Below are positions 1-7,779 of a stretch of DNA of 32,000 nt, piece by piece (positions within the stretch are counted from its first letter, which is position 1; the number at the start of each line of letters is the position of its first letter). Origin of the DNA: Opitutales bacterium (GTDB lineage: Bacteria > Verrucomicrobiota > Verrucomicrobiia > Opitutales > Coraliomargaritaceae); assembly GCA_049606355.1 (NCBI GenBank), contig JBMYVL010000010.1:30001-62000 (forward strand), written 5' to 3'. Both the position numbers and the translations under genes were made by a program. Below the pieces are notes generated by a model. It was not told where the DNA came from. It did not search any database and saw only the letters and a program-made list of their open reading frames with translations.

Positions 1-81
1 CCAATCCATAGTCCCAGAGTGTGTGGCAGGGGCTGCGAGATAAAGAATAAAGTCGTGTGGGTCGCGTAGCCCATACGGCAT
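1..81 (-). CDS. 5' end of an unidentified protein-coding gene that runs off the left edge (27 codons visible)
   Basis: A minus-strand ATG at 81..79 opens a stop-free frame to position 1 (MPYGLRDPHDFILYLAAPATHSGTMDW). An in-frame TGA lies upstream at 159..157. Alternative GTG and CTG starts are at 90 and 99. The gene is divergent from rpsA and too short to identify. Confidence 0.3.
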   Translation of the reverse strand, partial: MPYGLRDPHDFILYLAAPATHSGTMDW

Positions 82-280
82 GCCATTCACCGTACGCAGG
101 GTAAATTTGTATTCGTTGAGTCGTTGAATCTGTCGGCAGGATTTAAAGCTTGCAGGTCAAGAAGTTGCACTCACTATGCCGCATTCGCTTTGGGCACTTG
201 GTAGTGCTCAACGGGCATTGCCCACATCAATCGTAACATCAACCCAATCTGTGGCCGCGGTCACAGTGCATGCAAATAAA

Positions 281-1939
281 ATGAGTCATCTCATGGAAGA
301 GCTGCTACAGAGCAGCAATGTCGAGAACCTTAATGAAGGTTCAATTATTAAAGGAACCATCATCGAGATCCGCCCAACTGAGGTGGTCGTGGATATCGGT
401 GGTAAATCCGAAGGTATTATTCATGCCAACGAATTTGTTGACATCAGTGAGCTTCAGGTCGGTTCCGAAATAGAAGTTTTTCTCGAGAAGCTTGAAGACC
501 GAGAAGGCAACCCAGTGGTTTCCTTCGACAAGGCCGAGCAGAAGAAGAATTGGGAGAAGATTGTCGAAAACTGTGAAGAAGGTTCGATCATCCCAGGACG
601 CGTCCGCTCCAAGGTGAAGGGCGGACTCATTGTCAGTATCGGTGTGGATTCCTTCCTGCCGGCTTCTCAGATCGATGTTCAACCTCCCAAGAATCTCGAT
701 CAGTATGTCGGACAGACCTATGACTTTAAGGTCGTTAAGATTAACCTCGATCGTAAGAATATTGTCGTTTCTCGCCGTGAACTCATTGAGGAACAGCGTA
801 TGGAGAAGCGTCGCTCGCTGCTTGAACAGGTCAAACCTGGTGATAAGCGTCGCGGGCAGGTCAAGAACATCACCGACTACGGTGCCTTCGTGGATCTGGA
901 TGGTCTCGACGGCCTGCTGCACATTACCGACATGTCGTGGGGTCGCATTCAGCACCCAAGTGAAATGGTCAAGCAAGGTGAGGAGATTGAGGTCGTCATC
1001 ATTGAGATCGACCGTGAACGCGAGCGTGTATCTCTGGGCCTCAAGCAACTAGCGGACAACCCGTGGGAGAAAATTGAGGAGAAATATCCAATCGGCTCAA
1101 CTGTTGCCGGTAAGGTGGTTAACCTCGTTCCTTACGGTGCCTTCATTGAAATTGAAGAGGGAGTCGAAGGTCTGGTCCACGTGACTGAACTTTCATGGAC
1201 AAAGCGTATCACGAAGCCGGGTGAAGTACTTCGTATCGGCGAGGAGATCCAAGCAGTGGTTCTCGGTATCCAGAAGGAAGAGCAGAAGATTTCGCTCGGT
1301 ACACGCCAATTGGATGCGAATCCTTGGGATATGGCTCGCCACAACTACCCAGTGGGTGCGCGCGTACGTGGCCAAGTTCGTAACCTCACGACCTACGGTG
1401 CCTTCGTTGAGCTTGAAGAAGGGATCGATGGTATGGTGCACGTATCGGACATGTCTTGGACGCGCAAGGTGAACCACCCTTCAGAAGTTGTTAAGAAGGG
1501 TGATGAAGTGGATGCCATCGTTCTGGATGTCGATGCCGACAGTCAGCGCATCTCGCTTGGAATGAAGCAACTCTCAACAGATCCATGGGACGAGATTGAA
1601 ACGCATTACAAGATCGGTGATGTAGTGAAGGGTACGGTCTCCAAGATCACTAGCTATGGTGCCTTCATCGAGTTGGATAATGACATCGATGGCTTGGTAC
1701 ACATATCGCAAATCAGCGAGGAACGTATTGAAACGATTAAAGACGTTCTCGACGAGGGCGCTGAAGTTGAAGCACGTGTGATCAAAATCGACAAGGATGA
1801 GCGTCGTATCGGCCTCTCCGTGAAAGCGGCAAACTACAGCGACGAAGATCTCGCTAAGGAACGCCAAGCTTTCGACAATGTCACTGCGACGGAAGACCTC
1901 ACAAATCTTGGAGATCTTCTGGACGAGGCGACGAAGTAA
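281..1939 (+). CDS. rpsA: 30S ribosomal protein S1 (six tandem S1/OB domains)
   Basis: The ORF 176..1939 contains repeated S1-domain signatures: GQVKNITDYGAFVDL, GKVVNLVPYGAFIEI, GQVRNLTTYGAFVEL, GTVSKITSYGAFIEL. The ATG at 281 gives a canonical N-terminus (MSHLMEELLQSS...). The 35 codons upstream of it look non-coding. Confidence 0.95.
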   Translation: MSHLMEELLQSSNVENLNEGSIIKGTIIEIRPTEVVVDIGGKSEGIIHANEFVDISELQVGSEIEVFLEKLEDREGNPVVSFDKAEQKKNWEKIVENCEEGSIIPGRVRSKVKGGLIVSIGVDSFLPASQIDVQPPKNLDQYVGQTYDFKVVKINLDRKNIVVSRRELIEEQRMEKRRSLLEQVKPGDKRRGQVKNITDYGAFVDLDGLDGLLHITDMSWGRIQHPSEMVKQGEEIEVVIIEIDRERERVSLGLKQLADNPWEKIEEKYPIGSTVAGKVVNLVPYGAFIEIEEGVEGLVHVTELSWTKRITKPGEVLRIGEEIQAVVLGIQKEEQKISLGTRQLDANPWDMARHNYPVGARVRGQVRNLTTYGAFVELEEGIDGMVHVSDMSWTRKVNHPSEVVKKGDEVDAIVLDVDADSQRISLGMKQLSTDPWDEIETHYKIGDVVKGTVSKITSYGAFIELDNDIDGLVHISQISEERIETIKDVLDEGAEVEARVIKIDKDERRIGLSVKAANYSDEDLAKERQAFDNVTATEDLTNLGDLLDEATK

Positions 1940-1964
1940 GTCGATCGGTCCAGAAGTAACTTTC

Positions 1965-1992
1965 AAAGCCCCCGCACGTCGGGGGCTTTTTT
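1965..1992 (+). terminator. Rho-independent terminator of rpsA
   Basis: The sequence is aaaGCCCCCGcacgtCGGGGGCtttttt: a 7-bp GC stem and 5-nt loop followed by six T, 26 nt after the rpsA stop. Confidence 0.85.
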
Positions 1993-2102
1993 ATTGTTTA
2001 CGTCTGATCGCGAGGCGTGCGCTTTTGCGACGTACAATTGAGGTATGCGCTGGATGAGATGTCATTGACATCACAACTCAGCTCTTAAGCCTCGGCGCTC
2101 TC

Positions 2103-5102
2103 ATGAATAAGCCGCCACCTATTTTTGACCGTGCCTTCTGCATCGACTTAGCTGGTGGGCAGGTTTACCGACAGGCGGAAAAACTATTTGAGTCGCAGGC
2201 AGTTCAATCAGCGTCTTGGGACAGCCCCCAATTAACTGGTAGGGTTAAGGGTGCGGCAGCGACTTACGAAGTACGGTTGAACCTTCGTTCGACCGTTTTT
2301 GCAGAAAACCACTGTAATTGTCCAGTTGGTCGTAAAGGTAAAATTTGTGCACACGCAATCGCGGTTGCCCTGCATTATCAAGCCCTCGCTCACGAGCATG
2401 AACTGCAGACTAAAGCGCTGACGCCTGTGGATGGCGACGAGCCGATAGGTCTCAGCGCAAGCGAAGCGATTGCTGCTCCCGATTCGGCGCTACAATCCAT
2501 CCTGCTGTCCGAAGACGGGATGCAATTACGCTTACTGGTCTTTCTTCCGCCGAATCTCAAAGAGGCTGCTGGGCGAGATGCGATTGTAGTGAAAGTGGAT
2601 GCTGCGGTGGGGCGCGAGGTCGTACCGCTGAATCAACTAAATCGCAGTCAGCCGTATCAAGTATGCGCTGCGCAAGAGCGTGCCCTTCGCTTGATTGAAT
2701 CTTGGTGCTCGGGTAAACTGGCCGCACTCTTGCAATTGAGCCGTGTACAATTCGTTCAATTGCTGGAAGCCTTACGCAGTGAGCCAGTAATTTATTGGCT
2801 GAAGCGGCCGTCGGAGCCGATTCGCTGGAAGGGTGACCACTTGGTTGGTGTGCATGAGCAAGTGGAGCTTGCTCCTGATGAAAAACAAGCAGCCGTGGCT
2901 GAGGAGGCCGCGAAGCGCGTCGATAAAAGTCCGCCACCACGCCGCATTGAACTCAAAGCAAGTTTACGAGAGGCATCGAAGCCCAACCCACGTCGACTTG
3001 CTGAGGCGAAGGCGCAGGGGCTCTTTGCGACACGAGCCAGTGATTATCCAAGCGTGCAGTCCAAGGACCCGATGCTGGATTATCCCTTGAACCGTATTGT
3101 CGTTGACGGATCGGCTAACTACATAGCCATACGTTTACCACGCAATGATGATACAATCGGACCCTTGCGAGATCGACTTAAGTCGGAGGGGTTTTTACTG
3201 GAGCCTTCCAACCGAAAGTGGTGGCTCCGTGATCGGCACAAAGCGTTGAATTTCCTGGCAGGGTACCTGCATGATTTAAAGACGCATTGGCGTGCGGTGT
3301 TTACGGATAACTTTGAAGCTAAGCTGGAGCTGCTGCAGATTGCTGATATCGCCATCGAAACTGCGGAAGAAAACGGCAGTTTTAGACTGCAGGTGAGCCT
3401 AAGCCAAAACACAGATGAGGTAAGTTTACGCAAAGCGATCGCAACCGGGCGGAATTATTTTGAGGATGCCGATGGCGCGATCACCTTGCTCGAGCGACAC
3501 TTGGTCGAGCGTTTGCACAAGGTAGAAAAGGCGATTAGCGGTCAGGTGGATCGACCGTTTACGCCAACTTTCAGTAAGCGCCTTGAGTGTGCGGAACTTT
3601 TGGATGTTGAGGACTTGCTGGATGAAATCTGCGAGGGTTGGCAGCCACCGCAAGCATGGCAGGCACGCAGTCAGGCGCTCAAGCAAGTGGGCGCTCTCCA
3701 GCCCCCGCCGATACAATCCTCTCTTGATGCAGCGTTACGAACTTATCAACGGATAGGGGTGGCATGGCTCTGGCACCTCTATCGCCATCAGCTTGGCGGT
3801 ATTTTGGCGGATGAAATGGGGCTTGGTAAGACCTTACAAGCACTTGCCTTGATTGAATGTATCCGTGGTGAGGATACAACCAAGTCTCCAGCTCTGGTTG
3901 TCTGCCCCGCGAGTTTGGTAGAAAATTGGATGCGAGAAGCATCGCGTTTCACGCCTCACTTAAAGTTATTGAAGCACCACGGTTCAAGACGTGCGAAGGA
4001 GTCAGTTGTACTCGAAGATGCCGACCTTGTTATTTCATCATATGGCACGCTTCGCCAAGATGCAGAGTTGATGAGTACCATGGATTGGTGTGTTGTGATC
4101 GGTGACGAAGCGCAGCATATAAAAAATCGCCGCAGCCAAAATGCACGTACGCTCAGTAGCCTTCATTCGAAAGGGCGCTTCTTGCTTACAGGTACACCGG
4201 TTGAAAACTCTTTGGATGATTTACTTTCACTATTTAGTTTTTTGATGCCCGGATACTTACAAAAGGCGGAGGGAAAGCTGTCTCAGGAAGATCGGATCTG
4301 GCACAGTCAGCGACAAACCCAGCGTGCGGCCGCTTATATTTTAAGACGTACCAAAAAGGAAGTTGCACCAGAGTTGCCGGATAAAATTGAGAAAACATTC
4401 TTTTGTGAAATGGGAGCAAAACAGGCGCGTTTTTATCAAGATACTCTGGAAAAAACCCGTAGGGAAATCTTTGAGATGGAAATGGGCGGCGCAAATGGTG
4501 GTCGTGTTCAGTTTGCAGCTTTTAAAGAATTGCTGCGCCTGCGGCAGGCTTGTGTGGACCCACGCATCCTAGACGCCACGTTTGCCGCGAGCGAGTCAGC
4601 CAAGCTCGCAGCCTTTGACGAAGTACTCGATGAATGTCTGGATGTCGGGAGTCGTATGTTGGTCTTTTCGAGCTTTGTGAGTGCGTTGAAATTGTTGGCA
4701 GAGCACCTCAAAGCAAAGGGGCATCGCTTTTGCTATTTGGATGGATCGACGCGCAATCGCTTAGCGATATGTGATACTTTTAATGCAGATGAAGAGATCC
4801 CGGTTTTCCTGATTTCGCTCAAGGCAGGTGGTACCGGTTTAAATTTAACCGGCGCTGATACGGTGATTCACTACGACCCTTGGTGGAATCCAGCTGCCGA
4901 AGCACAAGCGACTGACCGTGCCCACCGCATCGGGCAACAAAAAGTGGTCACGAGTATTAAATTGATAGCCGCCAACACAGTGGAAGAAAAAGTGCTTGAG
5001 TTGCAGGCGAAGAAAGCGGAGTTGCTAACCGAACTCTTTGAGGAGTCCGCTGCAGCAAATGCGACGGTCAATGTCGAGACGATCAAAGAATTACTCGATT
5101 GA
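2103..5102 (+). CDS. SNF2-family ATP-dependent helicase/translocase with an N-terminal SWIM zinc finger
   Basis: A SWIM CxCx(n)CxH motif ([14 protein letters not shown]) spans residues 71-84 (nt 2313-2354). SNF2_N motifs are [10 protein letters not shown] (Walker A), DEAQHIKN (DEAQ box) and [11 protein letters not shown]. The Helicase_C motifs are [43 protein letters not shown]. Confidence 0.9.
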   Translation: MNKPPPIFDRAFCIDLAGGQVYRQAEKLFESQAVQSASWDSPQLTGRVKGAAATYEVRLNLRSTVFAENHCNCPVGRKGKICAHAIAVALHYQALAHEHELQTKALTPVDGDEPIGLSASEAIAAPDSALQSILLSEDGMQLRLLVFLPPNLKEAAGRDAIVVKVDAAVGREVVPLNQLNRSQPYQVCAAQERALRLIESWCSGKLAALLQLSRVQFVQLLEALRSEPVIYWLKRPSEPIRWKGDHLVGVHEQVELAPDEKQAAVAEEAAKRVDKSPPPRRIELKASLREASKPNPRRLAEAKAQGLFATRASDYPSVQSKDPMLDYPLNRIVVDGSANYIAIRLPRNDDTIGPLRDRLKSEGFLLEPSNRKWWLRDRHKALNFLAGYLHDLKTHWRAVFTDNFEAKLELLQIADIAIETAEENGSFRLQVSLSQNTDEVSLRKAIATGRNYFEDADGAITLLERHLVERLHKVEKAISGQVDRPFTPTFSKRLECAELLDVEDLLDEICEGWQPPQAWQARSQALKQVGALQPPPIQSSLDAALRTYQRIGVAWLWHLYRHQLGGILADEMGLGKTLQALALIECIRGEDTTKSPALVVCPASLVENWMREASRFTPHLKLLKHHGSRRAKESVVLEDADLVISSYGTLRQDAELMSTMDWCVVIGDEAQHIKNRRSQNARTLSSLHSKGRFLLTGTPVENSLDDLLSLFSFLMPGYLQKAEGKLSQEDRIWHSQRQTQRAAAYILRRTKKEVAPELPDKIEKTFFCEMGAKQARFYQDTLEKTRREIFEMEMGGANGGRVQFAAFKELLRLRQACVDPRILDATFAASESAKLAAFDEVLDECLDVGSRMLVFSSFVSALKLLAEHLKAKGHRFCYLDGSTRNRLAICDTFNADEEIPVFLISLKAGGTGLNLTGADTVIHYDPWWNPAAEAQATDRAHRIGQQKVVTSIKLIAANTVEEKVLELQAKKAELLTELFEESAAANATVNVETIKELLD

Positions 5103-5171
5103 ACAGCGGCACTAGACGCTATCAGAAGTCTTGCGTCGCGGCGGTGTCTGCTGTCTGCTGTGGGTACAGAC

Positions 5172-6101
5172 ATGGCAGATTCTTGGGATATTTTGAAACT
5201 ACTTTCAGACTCCACGCGGGTACGAATTCTTTCTTTGTTAGCGCGGGAAGAGTTGTCGGTGGCGGAATTGCAGGAAGTTTTGAGCATGGGTCAGTCTCGT
5301 ATTTCCTCGCACTTGAGTTTGTTGCGTCAAGGTGAGTTAGTGCTGGATCGCCGTGATGGTAAGAAGACTTTTTATACCTTGAGTTGTGAGGGTACACCTT
5401 CAGCTGACGCCCTAATGCGCGCTGCTTGTCAGGCGGTTGCCAAGACCGAGCAGATCGCAGAAGATCAAGCCAACCTGAAGCGCGTCCTCGAAAAAAGGAA
5501 ACGCAAGGCGGAAGAGTATTTTAATTCGGTGGCGGGTCGCTTAGGGAAGAATTATTGCCCTGGACGTAGCTGGGAAGCGATCGGTCATTTTTTACTGCAC
5601 CTAACGCCCAAAATAAAAATTGCCGATCTGGGCGCCGGAGAAGGTTTAATCTCGCAATTATTAGCACGACGCGCCGAACAGGTGACGTGCATTGATAACT
5701 CACCAAAGATGGTCGAGTTTGGTTCGGAATTGGCGAAAAAGAATGGATTTTCCAATCTGAGTTATAAACTTGGAGATATTGAAGCTGTGCCGCTTAAAGA
5801 CAAAAGTGTGGACTTGGCACTTCTGAGCCAAGCCCTTCACCATGCCCCACACCCTCAGCAAGCGGTACAGGAAGCCTTTCGAATTTTAAAGCCGGGTGGG
5901 CAGTTGATTATTTTGGACCTACTGGAGCACCAGTTTGAGAAGGCTCGCGAATTATATGCCGATGAGTGGCTCGGATTCTCCGAAAATAATCTGTATAAAT
6001 TTTTAAAGACAGCCGGCTTTCGCCAGATCGAGGTAAATGTTGTAGCGAAAGAGCGAGAGGCGCCACAGTTCGAGACCGTTTTAGCTTCGGGCGTGAAGTG
6101 A
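5172..6101 (+). CDS. ArsR-family winged-HTH regulator fused to a class I SAM-dependent methyltransferase-like domain (SahR-like architecture)
   Basis: The N-terminus has an ArsR-type HTH (LKLLSDSTRVRILSLLAREELSVAELQEVLSMGQSRISSHLSLLRQGELV). The C-terminal half has methyltransferase motif I (IADLGAGEGLIS) and post-I/II motifs (LKPGGQLIILD). The ORF opens at GTG 5160 and the first ATG is at 5172. Confidence 0.8.
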   Translation: MADSWDILKLLSDSTRVRILSLLAREELSVAELQEVLSMGQSRISSHLSLLRQGELVLDRRDGKKTFYTLSCEGTPSADALMRAACQAVAKTEQIAEDQANLKRVLEKRKRKAEEYFNSVAGRLGKNYCPGRSWEAIGHFLLHLTPKIKIADLGAGEGLISQLLARRAEQVTCIDNSPKMVEFGSELAKKNGFSNLSYKLGDIEAVPLKDKSVDLALLSQALHHAPHPQQAVQEAFRILKPGGQLIILDLLEHQFEKARELYADEWLGFSENNLYKFLKTAGFRQIEVNVVAKEREAPQFETVLASGVK

Positions 6102-6173
6102 ATGCCGACGTTTGAGCTTCGGCGCGGCACCGATCTATATGTCATTCATGAAGGCTGACGGATCGATGGGCCA

Positions 6174-7724
6174 TTATTGGACTGCGAAAGGAAGCTGCTG
6201 AACTTGCTCTCGAAGGCGCTTCATAACCCGGAGCCTAGCTGCGGCATCATAATTGTCGCCAAGATCTAAATAGTCGCGCGCGATAAATCGGTCGATCACG
6301 ACGGCGTGCTTGATGTTAGTGAGCATGCCAATCAAACGACCATTTTTAGTGAAAGCGAAATCTCCTTTGGAGGATGCATAATCGCTGAAGAGTTCTCCGA
6401 GGACAGGTCGTTGTATTTGTAGAAATTGGGCACTCTGAGTCAGACGGCGGAATTCCGCACGGCCGAAATTGCTTTCGTCGCTTTTAATCAGTATCGCTTC
6501 CTCCCAGCGATCCGGTTGTTCGGCGATCGCAAAGCTACGAAGTTCTGTGTCTTCGACCAGTTTCTTTGATAGTGGTATGAGTAAGACTCTTGGATCACTC
6601 TGTAAGAAAGCTATTTGATCGATAGTGTAGTGACGGTTTGCGATACGTATCGTGAGCGACACAGTCTGCAGCTCCACGTTTTTATGGAGCGCGAAGGGCG
6701 AGTTCTGGCTGTGCGTGATCAGATAATAATTTCCGGAGCTATCCTTTAGTAGGACGCTATTAGACGAATATGTCTTTGGGTGGATAAGGCCGAAGAGGCC
6801 TTTTTCGGTACTTTGAAAATCAATACGGACCCGGTTGTTTTGAAAGTGGCTGTAGATCTCACTCATCGTCTGCGGTCGTGACTCGATGATTTCCTTTTGT
6901 ATGTACTGTGACGTAGTTGCCACGGTGCTCATCTCCCTTTCCAGTTCCGATACATTCTGGCCGATCTTTGTGAGGCCTTGTCCCAACTGTTCGGCGCGAG
7001 CGATTGCGGCTTTTTTCTCCTCTTGCTCCTTCACTAAATTTTGCTCAAGGAGGTCACGTGCGGTCTCGGTTACTTCCAGTTGCTTATCCAATGCGTTGCG
7101 CTCTGCGGCTAGGCGTGCTGTTTCGGCTTGTGCCTGTTTAAGTGCCGCGTCGCGCTCAGCGAGGGCGATTTCACGGGCGATGAGTGCCTCTTCGATGTGG
7201 CTGATGCGCGCTTGGCTACGGGCACTTTCTTGCTTCAAGCTACCGAGGGATTGCGCGAGCTCGAATCGTTTTTTTTGAGTGGATTCAAGTTCCATACGTG
7301 TCGCTTCGAGGCGTGCCGCGATGGCTTTTTCAGCTTGCTTGCTCTGCGCCTGCTGTTCTGCCAAGCGCAGTGCTTCGCGCTCACTGGCTGCCTTGGCAGC
7401 CGCCAAATCTTGTGCGATGGCGGTGGCTTCGCTTAGGCTGGCCTGACTTGCTGCCAGTGCGACTTCTTGTTCGGCAAGGATATGTGTCTTGGTCTGTAAC
7501 TGGCGTCGGGTTTCGGCGAGTTTATCGCTGAGGTCTGCACGTGAACTTTCTTCGGCCATGAGTGTGGCTTCCAGCAGACTGACTAGTTCGGCTTCCGCAG
7601 TCGTGGAAACCGCACTCGGATCCAATGTGACCTTCGGTTCAATTTCGGGGGCATCAAAACGTGCCAGAGCCAACATGCTGAGCAGTAAAAAGTCACAAAT
7701 AACAAGCATGAGAGTTTTATTCAT
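6174..7724 (-). CDS. Bitopic membrane protein: ExbD/TolR/MotB-like TM helix with a buried Asp, then a coiled coil of about 225 residues, then a trypsin-fold-like (probably inactive) C-terminal domain
   Basis: The 521-aa ORF opens at TTG 7739 and the first ATG is at 7724 (MNKTLMLVICDFLLLSMLAL). It has a single N-terminal TM helix with Asp16 (nt 7692-7694). Residues ~45-270 are Ala/Glu/Gln/Leu-rich with heptad character. Residues ~290-485 are globular. It lies 40-55 nt downstream of the 585-aa membrane protein on the same strand. Confidence 0.6.
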   Translation of the reverse strand: MNKTLMLVICDFLLLSMLALARFDAPEIEPKVTLDPSAVSTTAEAELVSLLEATLMAEESSRADLSDKLAETRRQLQTKTHILAEQEVALAASQASLSEATAIAQDLAAAKAASEREALRLAEQQAQSKQAEKAIAARLEATRMELESTQKKRFELAQSLGSLKQESARSQARISHIEEALIAREIALAERDAALKQAQAETARLAAERNALDKQLEVTETARDLLEQNLVKEQEEKKAAIARAEQLGQGLTKIGQNVSELEREMSTVATTSQYIQKEIIESRPQTMSEIYSHFQNNRVRIDFQSTEKGLFGLIHPKTYSSNSVLLKDSSGNYYLITHSQNSPFALHKNVELQTVSLTIRIANRHYTIDQIAFLQSDPRVLLIPLSKKLVEDTELRSFAIAEQPDRWEEAILIKSDESNFGRAEFRRLTQSAQFLQIQRPVLGELFSDYASSKGDFAFTKNGRLIGMLTNIKHAVVIDRFIARDYLDLGDNYDAAARLRVMKRLREQVQQLPFAVQ

Positions 7725-7779
7725 AAGCTGTACGGGCAAATTTAATTGCGACTGCTGTAATACCGCTGTTCGGATTGGT

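Noticed and set aside
176-280. A 35-codon N-terminal extension of the rpsA ORF
   Set aside because: The sequence is not S1-like (MPHSLWALGSAQRALPTS...). The internal ATG at 281 gives a canonical S1 N-terminus.
341-1052. ORFs 341..1048 (-) of 235 aa and 630..1052 (+) of 140 aa, inside rpsA
   Set aside because: These are shadow frames of a highly conserved gene. Their compositions are low-complexity or unbalanced, and they have no recognisable motifs.
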